Positions 29,519 through 43,119 of a stretch of DNA of 64,000 nt are shown here, piece after piece. Position numbers and translations under genes: made by a program. The DNA comes from Auanema rhodensis (taxonomy: Eukaryota > Animalia > Nematoda): contig OZ059896.1 in assembly GCA_964057225.1 (NCBI GenBank), positions 16,740,001 through 16,804,000 of the forward strand. Reading direction: 5' to 3'. The first letter of the stretch is position 1; every line of letters starts with the position of its first letter. The notes beneath the pieces were generated by a model that was not told the origin of the DNA, made no database searches, and saw nothing but the letters and a program-made list of their open reading frames with translations.

Positions 29519-31090
29519 TATAAGATTGTCAAAATAATGATTTGAAAGAGGATAAGGCAATATGTCATAGATCATTTCATCATTTCAGATTTTCGGGATA
29601 TCTTTCTCTATTTTAACACTTGTTATCCAGTAGATGAAGATTCAATCTTGACAACGTAATTTTGTGAATGAAAAAGATGAATTTATCTTTAAAAATTGAC
29701 GAAAATCAATTGTGTTGGTTGAAGTTTATACTCCAAACAAAACTGTCGTTGCATGTTCTTACACACAACGTGTGTATGTATATCCAGATGATCTCAGGTG
29801 TAATCTAATTCCTTTAAAAGATCTTCTTTCAATGGTTATTATACGATAAGGAACAGAAATATTTTCAGAAGATAGCAAATTGATGTTGATGTTTCATCTT
29901 AAGGTTTTTGTGAAAAAGATGATTTTTATTGGTTTTCTATTATAATCTAAGATACTATATAACGAAATATAAGATATATTATACATTTAATCATTTAATT
30001 TTAAATTATTTTCAATTAATTTTTCAAATTTTTTAAAAGATTTATATAACCACAATACATTTTTTATAATTTATTCTTAATTTATGTATGTGGTTATATA
30101 GGAATTTTAAAATTTATATTTGATAAAACATATGAAAAACTGATAAAATCAAAGAAGTTGCAAAAAATAAACAATGAGAGAGAAAGAGGATGAGGGAATG
30201 ATAAACAGAAGAAATTTATTTTTTTCTCTAAAACATTAAAAAAGGAAATAAATAAAAATATGTATTTCCATTATATATGTGTATGTAATCAGCTGCAAAT
30301 TCCGGAAATTTGTGGAAATGCTGATCTTTGCCCTGCACAATACATGTTGTTCTTGGAATTTTTATAAAAGTTTGTTATTAGGATGCTATTCCAAACGTAT
30401 AATTTTAGACTTGATTAAACTCCATAAAGAGTAAGTACAACGTTATTGAATAAAACTTCCGGAATGCTACATGCTGGACATGAATTGTTGGTGGAAATGT
30501 AACGAAGATGAATCTTTGAGCTATTAGAACAAATTGATATTATTATGAAAACAGAATCGGACTTGCGCATTTTCTGTTTTTTTTTTTTGAGTTTCTGTCA
30601 TATCTCTAGTGCATAGAAATGTTTCAAGAACACGAGATATATGCATGTAGGATCATAATCATGCCCCGAAATTCTTGATTATCGTATGATTTACTTCCTC
30701 CTTCTTCCTTTTACTCACTAAGCTTCTTCACAAGTTTTTTTTCTCTTTTAATCAAAATTACGGAACTTGGCTTCTCATCTTTTTTAAAGAAATCACGCAA
30801 CATATGTTATTCACCTCGTGATTTATAGAGAACGACTAAAAGATAAATTTTCGATGAAAATATTTCAAACAGCAAAGGGAAGTTGGTGAGAGGAATTCGG
30901 AAAAAAAATTGAACAAATAGTATGGAAAATGGTCAAAAAATATAATCCTGAAATTGGATTACTATTTGATTGATGAAATAATTATAAAATATATAAAATA
31001 GGCTTATAAAACAGGCTTGTGGTAATAACAGCACACAGCATTATTTGAAGTAATTGAATTACATATTTTCTAACTTTTAAAAATTTACAG

Positions 31091-34000
31091 AGGCGTGTTG
31101 ATCGTAAAGATACATGTCCACCAAGTCGAAATTTGATGTCCGATGATTTGTGCACTTTAACAGAACCAAATACAGCAACAGTACTTGATTCGCTCAGTAG
31201 ACGATATCAGCAAGGAGTTATACATGTGAGTTTATGTGAAAATTTCAAACTTAGCACAACCATAACTTTGCACTGTTTAAGACATATTGTGGATTATTTT
31301 GTGTTGTAATAAATCCATGGAAGACAATACCTATATATTCAAAAGATGTAATGAATCTATATAAGTAAGCTGATTTTTATTTACTTTTTAAATCTTTCTT
31401 AAATTAAAATCATTTTCTTCATTAATTTTGTAGATTAAATGTGGAAGAGCAGGCGCCGCATATATTTTCAATAGCTCAAGCTGCTTATGATGGCATTATC
31501 AGAGGTAATTTCAGCATCAGTTTTATAGCAACTTAGTAGTATATCTTATTTGTTTCCTTTTTTTGCAGGACAAAGAAACCAATCCATTCTGATAACGTAA
31601 GTTATATATTATTATTTTGAAGCTTATAATTCAATATTTTCTAATGTTGTAGGGGTGAATCTGGAGCTGGTAAAACTGAGAATACAAAAAAAATCATTGA
31701 TTTCATTATGCATTCCTGTGGTAGTTCAATGGAAACAGATATTGCTAATGATGTTTTAACTACTGGAATATTGCTTGAAGCATTTGGAAATGCTAAAACC
31801 ACTCACAACTATAATAGCTCCAGATTTGTATAATTATATTAATATATTCGCAATTATACATTGTTATTAAGGGAAAATTCATTAAAATGAATTTTAGTGA
31901 AACATCAAACCTTCAATCAGCTTTAATTGAATGCTGTAAGTTCATTTTGTAATGGTTGAAACTGTGTTTTGTAGATTTACTAGAAAAGTCTCGGGTTGTC
32001 AGTCAAAATGAAGGAGAACGAAATTTTCACATATTCTATCAAATGTTTTCAGAGGTATGAATGAAATTAATAGTTAGTTATATATTATTTATAATATTTC
32101 TTTTTTTAGAAATTGCCAAAAAAAATAAGAAATGCTTTGTTGCTTGATGATAATTGTTCGAAATACAAATTTTTGAATCAGGGAGGAATAACTGAAACAA
32201 ATGAAATTGATGATGCAAATCAAGCAATGGATACATATGTAAGTTTTAAAATTAAAAAAATACATTTTCGTCGATGAATATCAACCGGTCGTGCAAGTGC
32301 AAATCTCAAAATGATTTCAAATGTTCCACGTGCGTGTATATGTATTATTCGTGATTAGCATAATCTCACTATAAAATATATTTGCAAAAATGATATTTTG
32401 ATGATTTATGGTGCAACCTTGTAGCTAATAAACTTAAAAAAATAAAATATAAAGCATATTTTAGAATGCAATGGCACAATTGGGTGTATGTGAAGATGAT
32501 CGACTGGAGATTTATAAGTTATGTGCAGCATGTATCCTCATAGGAGAAATACGTTTTGGAGAACGAATGGGAATGGATCTGAGTTTTGTTGAATCAAACA
32601 CAGGTTATTAGAAAATACTTTATAAATCCTATAATAATTATCTGGAAATGTTGCATTTCAGAAGTTGAACAAGTAGCATTACTGTTGGGATTGAAAGCCG
32701 GTCGTATAGTTGATGCTCTAACATCACCAACTATCAAGATTGGAGATAAATTGATAAGAAAAAATCAAAATCTCAAAAAAGTACTTGTTATATTGTTGTT
32801 TATACTTGATAATCTATAATAGATTAAAATTTAAATCTTGATTTTTAGACTTTATTCTCAGCTTCAGCAATGGCGAAAGTGATCTATGAAAAGCTGTTTG
32901 GATGGATATTGGAGAAGTGCAACAACGCTATTCATGAGCATAAAACAAGTTCGTTACAAACGTTATCACAAAGATGCAAATAATATATACAATATTGTAG
33001 ATTATGAAGGCAAAGATTCGTTTATTGGTGTCCTAGATATAGCTGGTTTCGAAATAATTGAAGTGAGTAGCTTGAATTTGAAACAAAAATAATTAATTTT
33101 CTTTTTTTTCTAATTTCAGAAAAATTCTTTTGAACAATTTTGTATTAACTTTACAAATGAAAAATTACAACAATTTTTCAATCATTTTATGTTTGTAAAA
33201 GAGCAGGTAATTCTTATATATTAAACAAAACTAACAGGAAATATTTATAGGCTGAATATCAAGATGAGGGCATTCCATGGGAACTTTTAAATTTTGCTAA
33301 TGATCTGCAACCAACAATCGATTTGATCCAAAAAGTATTTGAATGTGAGAACATAAATGATTTTTTATGTTTTCTGTTTCAGCCTATGGGCTTATTGGCA
33401 CTTCTTGAAGATGAATGTGTAATGCCTAATGGATCAGATACAACGTTATTGGAAAAGTTTTGCTCAAATTGCTCAACATCTCCAGCATTTCAAAAAGCTA
33501 AACAGTCTAAAAAGTTGGCAAAAAAGTTACAAAGTTCAAAACTAAAACATTTTTTTTAGAAATAAGCACATAATACACTTCAGTATTAATCATTATGCTG
33601 GATGTGTTGACTACAATGTTACATCATGGATTGAGAAAAACCGTGATGTTGTTGAACATTCAGTTTTGGCTTTATTATCTGAAACAACATCAAATCTTCT
33701 CAAAAAATTATTTCCACCCGGTAAACGATCAAGAAACTTTAACAAATCTTGATTATACTTTTCAGTTTCTACTGATTTAACAAAATCTAGAAGAGGAACT
33801 ATGTGTCAAGCTTCAGTCAGCTTTACTTATAAGGTTGTCAGAAACATAATCAAACAACTTTAAAATTGGCATGAAATGAAAACTAACTTTCATTATATTA
33901 CAGAATCAACTTCAAAATCTCCTTGACTGCTTAAATTATACCTCCGCTCATTTCATTCGTTGTGTTGTTCCAAATTACGATCGAATTCCTGGAAAGATTG

Positions 34001-37000
34001 ATGGTAACTTGATTCTTCATCAGTTAAGGTTTGCCATACAATGTAAGAATTTAAATTTTTACAGTAATGTAATACAGATGTAATGGAGTTTTGGAAGGAA
34101 TTAGAATTTGTCGTAAAGGTTATCCTACTAGAATTCCATTTGCTGAATTCATTCAGCGTTATACGCTGTTAGGAGGGGCGGCATTTAAAGGAACTGGAAA
34201 AGCAGGTAAGTTTAAGATGTTTAAACAAACTACAACGTCATCACACAAAGGTTGTCAACAGCTACTTGATTTGGTAGGATTTTCCCGAGACAAATACGCT
34301 ATTGGATATACGAAAGTATTTTGTAAAGTTGGAGTTATATCAGAAGTATAGAAATTGATATATTATATCAAATTAACAAAAGACAAATTTTCTAGCTAGA
34401 AGAATTAAGAAGGAATTGGTTATCAAGTACGATATGCGCATTTCAAGCTCGTATACGTTCATATTTGGAGATTGAAAGTTGTGATTTAAAAATTCGAAAA
34501 CAGTAATAAAGGTCATGTAAAAGAGTTCTATATTTAATATTCTTTCAGAGAAGCTATGCAGACTATTCAATCAAATGTTCGTATTTTTGCTACTTTATCA
34601 AATTGGCCATGGTATAGATTGATACAACTTGTTCATCCAATGATACCTAAGGTTTTAATCATTTAAAAATATTTCATTACACATTTAATTGTCTAAGGAT
34701 CGTGAAAAGCTTCGCATAGTAGAACTTGAAAAGTTGATAGATAATTTGAACCATGAAATTGAGGAATACAAAGAAGAGAATATTCAATTAACAGAGGTTT
34801 GAATATTGTTTTAATGTTTGTTCTCATGTCATTGTCGTTACAGGAAATGAGTAGCAAAGAGTCTAGTTTTCTACACAAACTCACAGATCTTGAAAATGAA
34901 AAGCATAAACTTGAAACATGTCTTAAAAGAGTTAGTTTATCTTTCTTCTAGGTTATTAGAGAGCCAAATTTTTGTTTCAGAAAATGGACGAGATTTTGAC
35001 TGAGTATCAAGATAAGTTACAGGAGGCTGAAAAGGAAAAAGCTGCTTTACGTAGAAAGATGCAACATGTATTGAAAAACTTTGTAAATTACAGTTAACTA
35101 CTCAAAGTAATCTTTCAGACAATGGATAATCAAATAGATGATTATAAAGATACTATTAAAGATTTAGAAATCCAACTATCCAAATTGAAACGTGAGCATG
35201 ATCAAGTAAGCCACAACAGATTGTATCCCAAGCAGATTAGAGTTTTCAACCTCAATTTAGGAAAAGAAAAAGTTATCTGCTGATGCTGCGACTGCACTTC
35301 AAAGATCAACAGAATTAGCGGATAAGCTGGCAAAGGTCCGTTTTTTTTTTTACAAAAATTAAATAATTTCATTATTTAAGATTGATGGAGACAAAGAAAA
35401 AGAAATAACAAAAATAAAAGAAGATTTGGAACAGAATGAAGATATTCTCAATGTTCTTGAGAAGAAATATAATGAACAACATAATAATGTTATGGTTAGC
35501 CATTTTCTAATATATTTTAATCAAACGAACATACATTCATACACAGAAGCTGAGCTTATATTTAAGAAATTATATTTTTCAGCGATTAAACGATACTTTA
35601 CGGGATTACGAACGAAAAATTGAAGATGCTCATATGAATAATAATGATTTGAAGAAGGATATACAGAGGGTATGTATAAAATATCTTGAATTATAAGATC
35701 AAAAAAGAGATGAGGCATGATGCTTAATTCCAAAACATGTGTTATAGGCGCAAGATGCTTTAGAACGTGAGCAAATTGATAAACAAACTTGTCAGAAGGA
35801 AATTAAGGAATATTTAGCAAGAATTACTGAATTAGAAGGGAAAGTACAAATGCTTTGTGATGAGAATAATCAGTTAAAGCTTCAACTAGCAAGGTACAAT
35901 ATTTGAATAATTTTGTATTAAATTACTGCTTATAGACAGGAAAATGAAACTGAAGATGGAAAAGCTCGAAACCTACGTCAGAATGATACAATTACTGAAT
36001 TACAGAAGTTAATTGAAGAATTAAATGTAGGTTGTATGACGATTTTATGACATATCCGAGAAAAAAACATGACAATGAAACAATTTTATTCTCTTCTATC
36101 TAATTCATTTACCTTTTTCTTCATCATCATCAACATCTGCCAAATCTCTCTCTCTCTCTCTTTCCCTCTATTTCTCTTCATCTTTCTATCTTTTACTAAT
36201 GCAATAGTTCACAATAGTCACCTAATTCAACAGAAACAACTTATTTTGAATTGAGAATAGTGATGTTCAATTATATGTTCAACTACATTATAGGCAAAAG
36301 TGGTTAAAAATGATCAAGAAATGTTGGAAGAAAAAAATAAGCGAAGAAAGGTTTAGCGAATAAGTTGGTCAAACTATGATAATTGACTTTTAGGTTGAGA
36401 AGGAAAGAGATCGTGTTGAAGATGATTTACGTCATGTACAAGAACATCTTGGCAAATTAAAGAAGAAATACGAAGCTTTAGTTAGTTATATCATATAATT
36501 ATAGTTTTAAAAACAAATATATCTCCAGAAGGATACTTTACGGCAAAAAGATAATTCATTGAAAAGCATGGAGAAGAAGTTGGAAGATAAAGATGCCGTT
36601 ATGCAAGATTGTGTGAAGGATCTCAAAACTAATCATAAGGCAAGAGTATCAGAGTTAGAAGATAAACTGGATGAATACAAACGGAATACTAAAAAGTAGC
36701 AAGACATATTATTTAATTTTCATTAATAATGCTTATATCAGACTGGAAAGCGAAAATTCATTGCAAAAGATGAAGCTGGATACTACATTTGAACGAGAAT
36801 CGTCTGTTGATTCTGATTACGGTATGATATGTGATTGTGTAACATGTGTAAACCCCCAAACAAGCTAACTATTTCATGAAAACAAACGCATATTCGCTAT
36901 TTTCTCTCAAACAAATGATTTAAGGTAGAAGTAGTGTAAGCCGATTGTCAACGATTGGACGACAGTACTCGTTGACATCTGTAAGCTCATTCTCTTCTTG

Positions 37001-38236
37001 TCGAACATTGAACAGACGAAGAGAAACTGAACCGGAATTGACCAGTTCTCTCTACATCCCAAGGTAATATGAAAGCAACGAAGCTTCTTTATGATATAAA
37101 CAACTTTAGAAGACGTGATTCGCTCTATGATCTGAGTCAAAGTACATACAGTGGGGTACAGCGTAGCTCATCTATTACCAATTTTGAAAAGGAACGACGT
37201 ATCAGCGAATTGGAACGACAAGTCCAAGGATTGAATACAGATCTGAATATTCAAAAACGGGAATTGGAAGTATACAAAGCTTCATTAGGAAATTTAGAAT
37301 CAGTTTGTTAACCTTTAGTACTTAAATTCAAATTTAAATTTCAGGAAAGAGATCGACTTCTGTCACAAAATCGAAATTTCATAGCAGATTCAGATAATAT
37401 GAGGAGGCAGTTAGATCGAGCAGAACAAAATGCAGATTCATTGAGTGTTAGATTGAAACGAGCATTAGAAGATGCTGAACAATGGAAAAAACGTCATGAA
37501 GATCTGATAAATGAGACAAAGAATGATATTTTATGTGAAAGGTATTATACTTGTTATAAATATTTATTTTCGATCAAAAACTCACATGTTATTCAGAAAA
37601 CGTGCAAACGAGCGATTGGAAGCTGTACGTGGCGAATATGGTGCTCGTGAAGAGCGGTATCAGAAAGTTGAAACAAACAAGGAGGAGTTACAGCAGGAGC
37701 TTAATCAGTGTCAAATTGAACTTCAACGCGCTTTAGCAACAATTCATGATTTGGAGAATAATATGCATTCACAGGTTTAATCTTCTCATTGGTACTGTCA
37801 TCGTTATCATCATAATTTTTAGGAAAGACTTGGAGGCTCATTGGAATTAAACCAACGGGAGCTTATGAATGAGCTTGAAAATGTAAAAGATGAGAATGGA
37901 ATGCTTAAATCACGGATTCGTCGTCAAGCCAAGCAGATTGAGCTGCTGACACGTGAGTGTATATTTCATCAAGTTCATATAAAGTGTAACTGTTTTAGAA
38001 CAAGATTCAACGAGCGACGTAATGAATCACATGAACAGCAAGGTGTATCCCAGTTTTGAATAGAAAAAATCATTTTTTTCTTCTGAATTTCCAACAAAAA
38101 AAAACGAAAAAAATGCATTTCAAAACAATCAAGTTGCAATATAATCATAAGAAATTGACGGTTCAACTTATCTTACTAATTTGTATTTTTTTTCGTAGAT
38201 TGCGAGATGGGTACCGTCGACATACATGAGTATTAA
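31091..38236 (+). CDS. hum-9: Myosin heavy chain, divergent class II-like (hum-9/nmy-3-like), about 42 exons; first exon(s) upstream of 31091 and last exon uncertain
   Basis: The spliced translation gives [14 protein letters not shown]-loop [13 protein letters not shown] (31673-), switch [29 protein letters not shown], switch [32 protein letters not shown] and [19 protein letters not shown]. These are followed by two IQ-like motifs (FQARIRSYL; IQSNVR...WPWYRL) and a heptad coiled coil. The symbol comes from recalled similarity to C. elegans hum-9, not from a database search. Confidence 0.92.
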
Positions 38237-38922
38237 TTTTTGTAAAATTTTAAATTATTTGATTTCATTATTTTGCTGTTTTTCCGGTGTATACACTCTT
38301 TACTGGTATTTTTTTGTATAATAATATTGTTATTCACAAATGAATATTTTGTATTTCTCGCAAATTTTGTCACAAAATGAACAGCAAATTTTAGAATTTT
38401 TTCCAAGAATACTTTATGCAGCAGCATTCCCGAGAGTCTGAATAAATGATAAAGTAATCAAAGATTATAACATTCAAATATTTTTTACGTCAGTTTTCGT
38501 CATTGTTACGTTGCAAAACAAGTTCATAAAGCTGATTTGTGTTATCTTTATCAATTACATCAGACAGACAACAATTTTCAATGATTTGTGAAAATGTATT
38601 TAACTCATGTTTTATATCTCAAATGTTATTATCATTTTTGATCTTCTGCGTATAAGACATACAAATGTAATTATAACTATTTTTATAAAACTTTAATAAT
38701 CTTTTGACACAAAACCGATCATTGAAACTACTAAAACTTGAATACAACTTGAAGAGCACAAAATAAAACTTTAAAGCTGATTAAGTTATGTATCTTTCGT
38801 TGATGGTTGTAATTGGAATGAAAAAAAATATTTTTTTTATAACAAATAAATTTTTCAGAAATGAATAAAGCCTCTGGGAATATGGTTTTTGAAAGAACAA
38901 TAAAATTGAAACACAACTGATA

Positions 38923-41540
38923 TTACTGGTCTCTGGATAATGTTTTCAAGTAATCTTCATCAAATGAATTTGGTACAGACGAATCAGAAAACATTTGATT
39001 TTCTAAATCTAGTTTAGGTATCTGAAATGATTTATTACATTTGTTTCTTTTATAAATACACAAAACATACAGTGCTTCGACTTGTGTTTTCAGAAGAGCT
39101 TTCCCAAACTCGTAGCATATCCATGGTTCTGAACGTATCTTCCGGAATAATAGATAATTCAGCTTGAACATATGTTATGAAACAGAAAATTAAAAATTAA
39201 AAACCTGTTGTTTTACTATGTCGATCATCCATAAAGAATAATGATGAGCTTTCAGCTGATTTCCTTAAATTTGAATAACTAACAGGACGTTCTCTGAAGA
39301 CAACAGGATCAGCTGGTTTCTGAAACATTGTCGTTATGACGAATTTCTTAAATATAAAAGTATAACGTACTCTTAAAGTTTTTATTTCTCCTGCTTCAAC
39401 TTTGATAGCATTATCAACAAATTCATCCAGATTGAAATTCTCTAATTCCTTTTCATCAATATTAAACTGATCTCCTAAATATTTGACCAAATTCTTCATT
39501 GTCATCCTGAAATTTGAAATATTGATGATATCATTAGAAGATATTTCCAGATCACAGACTTTTTTCCTCCAAACCATACAACTGTACTAGCCATATTTTC
39601 CATTTTTCTTCCAACATAATGAACTTTTTTCAAAACATCAGCAGCTATTTCAATAGCCATTGTTGTTAATGATAATCCAACTCCAATATAAACTAATGTT
39701 ACAAATAAGTAATCATAGCTAAACTCAAATTTTGTATAACTTTTGCTTGTTTTTACTCAGAATACCTTTTTGGCACAAAATCTCCTAAACCGATTGTTGT
39801 CAAGGTTACGAAGTTGAAGTAAAACGCCTTAAAGAAATCCATTTCTGGTTCATAAACTGAAAGAACCTGAAATTGGTTGTTCGCTTATATGCTTAACGTT
39901 TACTCAAAATTGATTTTACCTTTGCACCCATGATGAGGTAAAGTGCGAATGTGATTGCGAGCAAAATGGATTCATCCGTTTTTCTGAAATGACAAAATGA
40001 AAACTCAAAGATCAGTTAGTATTTCAACTTTTCCGAAACATCTTTTTCTGCTTTTTCGTCATTCTCCTCTTCTTCAACTTCATTAATATCATCGTCATTA
40101 GTTTTCGCCGTCAATTCCCTAGCTGTAGATAATACGTCATGTGCACTACTGAATTTATCCGCTGATTTTGATATCTTCTGCTTATTCTTTGACTTAAAAT
40201 AATAATAATAATCATTAGATAGATAGATATGTATACATAACTAGAATATTTCAAAAATTACCTTTTTAAGACTGTGAATTCTATCTTGAATCCATGAAAA
40301 TAATTTCAATAAAGATCTTAATAGATAAGTTAAAAACATTCCCATATCAGCTATTGTTAATAATGTTAATGGAACACCAAAAACTCCATAAATTATACAA
40401 AAAAGTCTTCCATAGAATGTTTCTGGAGCAACATGACCATAACCTGAAAATAAACAAAATAAAATAAAAATATTGAAAGAGTTTTGTTTTTTAAGAATAA
40501 GCCAATTCAACCGAGTGTATGCAATGTTTACTTTAAAAATAAAATGCAAAAAAATAAATTGAAAGCTTTGAGTTCATATAGAATTCATAAACAACATATG
40601 GAAATTAGCTGAAAAAAGTAAGAATCTTTACCTATTGTTGTAATTACAGTGAAAGTAAATATTAAAGAATTTCCGAATGACCATTTATCAAGTTCTTCCT
40701 CAATTTCTAATTCCATTTGCTCTTCTGAATACTAATAGTAAAGATCTTCTATTAACAATAATTAACTAACCAGCAGTTATTGTTTGTGAAGCTTGAGTTG
40801 CTTCTGTAGCATATGCTTGCGTAGCTTGAATTCCATCAAATCGAGCAAACTGATAGCAGCTATCAATACTGAAAATATTCAAATGCTCTATGTCATGTTC
40901 ACGACAAGCTGTTCGATTGAAAATTCCACTCAAGACATGTTTTAAGCATGCATGAACCTGAAAATAGAAGTTTAATTCAAAATGGTGTTGCTTATCTTAC
41001 TCCTTTGTCCATATCTGCTATTTCTGTGCCTAAGTACACCTGAGTCAATCGTTTGGGGGACTCATCTATAGCCTGTCTACGTACACGAACCGACCTAAAA
41101 TTATTAAAAACACAGTTTGAATTATAAAAACAAAATGTTTCTGCACATACGCATCGGGTGATTCCAAAAATTGCATAGTTAGTGCTCCAAATAAAGTATA
41201 AACTATAACACCCAATATTAAAGATAAGTGCACCGCAGCAGATGATGCCTAAAATACTATAAAATAACTTTTTGTGATGAATAATTAAAAAAATATACTT
41301 GTGGAATTTTTATTATATATTTTATATTTTATAACTTTGAATAAACCAATTAATAAGGTCATAGAGTATACTATGACTATAAGATATAACATCAATATAA
41401 TTCATATTTTTATGAATATTCAAACATTTACAATCAATTTTTCAAATAAATTTATAAAAAAAAAAGTTTTCTTGCGAGAAATATAAAAAAGAAATTATGA
41501 AACATACAATTTTAGTTCTTATTTTATCCACTAGAAGCAT
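38923..41540 (-). CDS. TWK / K2P two-pore-domain potassium channel
   Basis: ATG at 41540 (MLLVDKIRTKI|ASSAAVHLSLILGVIVYTLFGALTMQFLESP). Pore 1 is WSFGNSLIFTFTVITTIGYGHVAPETFYGRLFCIIYGVFGVPL and pore 2 is FFKAFYFNFVTLTTIGLGDFVPK. The C-terminal IWFGGKKMTMKNLV is typical of nematode TWKs. Stop TAA at 38923-38925, about 12 GT-AG introns. Confidence 0.93.
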
Positions 41541-43119
41541 GGTTAACTTGTAACGTTACTAAAAACTTTCCAAAATGGCTAAGCATGGCAGGAAATAACC
41601 CTTTTCACTTGTGTGAACAAGTATTCAAAGAAGTTATTTGAGATGAAAATCTATTGTCCACAAGAATTAAAGAAAACTTTATTCATTGAAATACGCTTCA
41701 TTTCCAAAATGTTTTAAAGAAAATTTATTTATTTTCTCTAGATGTGTGGGCTAATTGAAGATAAATAACAACAACAACAACAGAAAAAACTAACCGTTTT
41801 AGTATCTAAACTAACAACATTTCCAATTTTACTCATAAAACCCATCCCTGAAATCAATGTTGAAATAATTTTTTTTCTTAAAAAAACATTTAAAAAACTG
41901 AACTTTACTTGAGAAGGAACTAGAAAAAGAAATCTTTTGGAACATAAAACAAAAAAAATTTTCATGAAATTTATTATGCATAACCTAGAGATGTGTACAA
42001 GACGCTTAAGCTTAAATCTCAACTTTAAATCTTGCGATTGTCCTTACATATGAAAGATTAACGACAAACATACGTCAAAAAAACTTCAAACATGCTTTTT
42101 AAAATAAGAAATGCTGATCAAAGTGTAGTGAGCAAGCAGATGGGCTTCTTTATAACAGCATGTGATATATGGCAGCGATGAAACAATGAAAATACAATAA
42201 ATTCATTGGAAAGTTCTTTATTAAGTTATAACATCCAATAGATTTCATGGTATGAGCTTCCATGAATTATATACGAAACTATGAAAATGAAGCGGAAAGC
42301 TGCAAAAAACTTAGCTAACATATTCATATATATGCATATACCGAGATATACATAGTCATTTTATATATTATATATATATATAGTATGTATATGATTTTTA
42401 GTAGAGGAAACAATAGGAAGCGCTCTGCTTCCTATTATTGGTTTCAAGAAGAAAATGGAAAAAGAACTGGGGATAGAAAAGACCTTTAGCAATTACTATT
42501 TGAAAATAAAACAGGAAAAGCCACTTTAATCGTATAATTATTTGATCTAAAGTCTATATATATATTATAAGTGAATATTACATTTTGGTATATAGTATAG
42601 GACATTATAGAGTAATAGATGCTTAACTTCTTCATGTGAAGTTTGGTTTGCCATTCTTCTCTTCTCAATTTCCTCTCTCTCTATCTCTCACTCTTTCTTA
42701 CTCACTTTCACTCTTTCTCACTCTCTCCCCTCTCTCTCTTTTTCTTTGTTTCTTTGTCTCTTTTTTTCTCTTTTTCTCTCTTCCATCCTCTGTTAACATG
42801 TTCAACAAATCTTCGAAATAACCCGGTCAATGACTGAAGCTAATTTTCTCCTCACAGCTTAGAATTTTTGCTTTTCCTAATGTAAAAATGAAAAAAGCTG
42901 GGAGGTATAGTGAATATAAAAGGAGAACATCATGCGACTTCCTTTTATGTTTTATTAATATGTTTAGAATGTGAATAGGATTCTCAATTACATTAAACTA
43001 CTAGAAAAGAAAACAAATATGAACTTTGTGAAATTTATTAAATTTTATAAGAAAATATGTACAAACTGAGATATGAAACTGAGATGATAATTTCTTTTTT
43101 TTCAATTCAAATACTATAT

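Noticed and set aside
29393-29575. Poly-His ORF
   Set aside because: It is a translation of an (ATG)n microsatellite.
30830-31050. Candidate first myosin exons (MKIFQTAKGSW...)
   Set aside because: I could not join them in phase to the 31091 exon without stops, so the myosin start is left unresolved.
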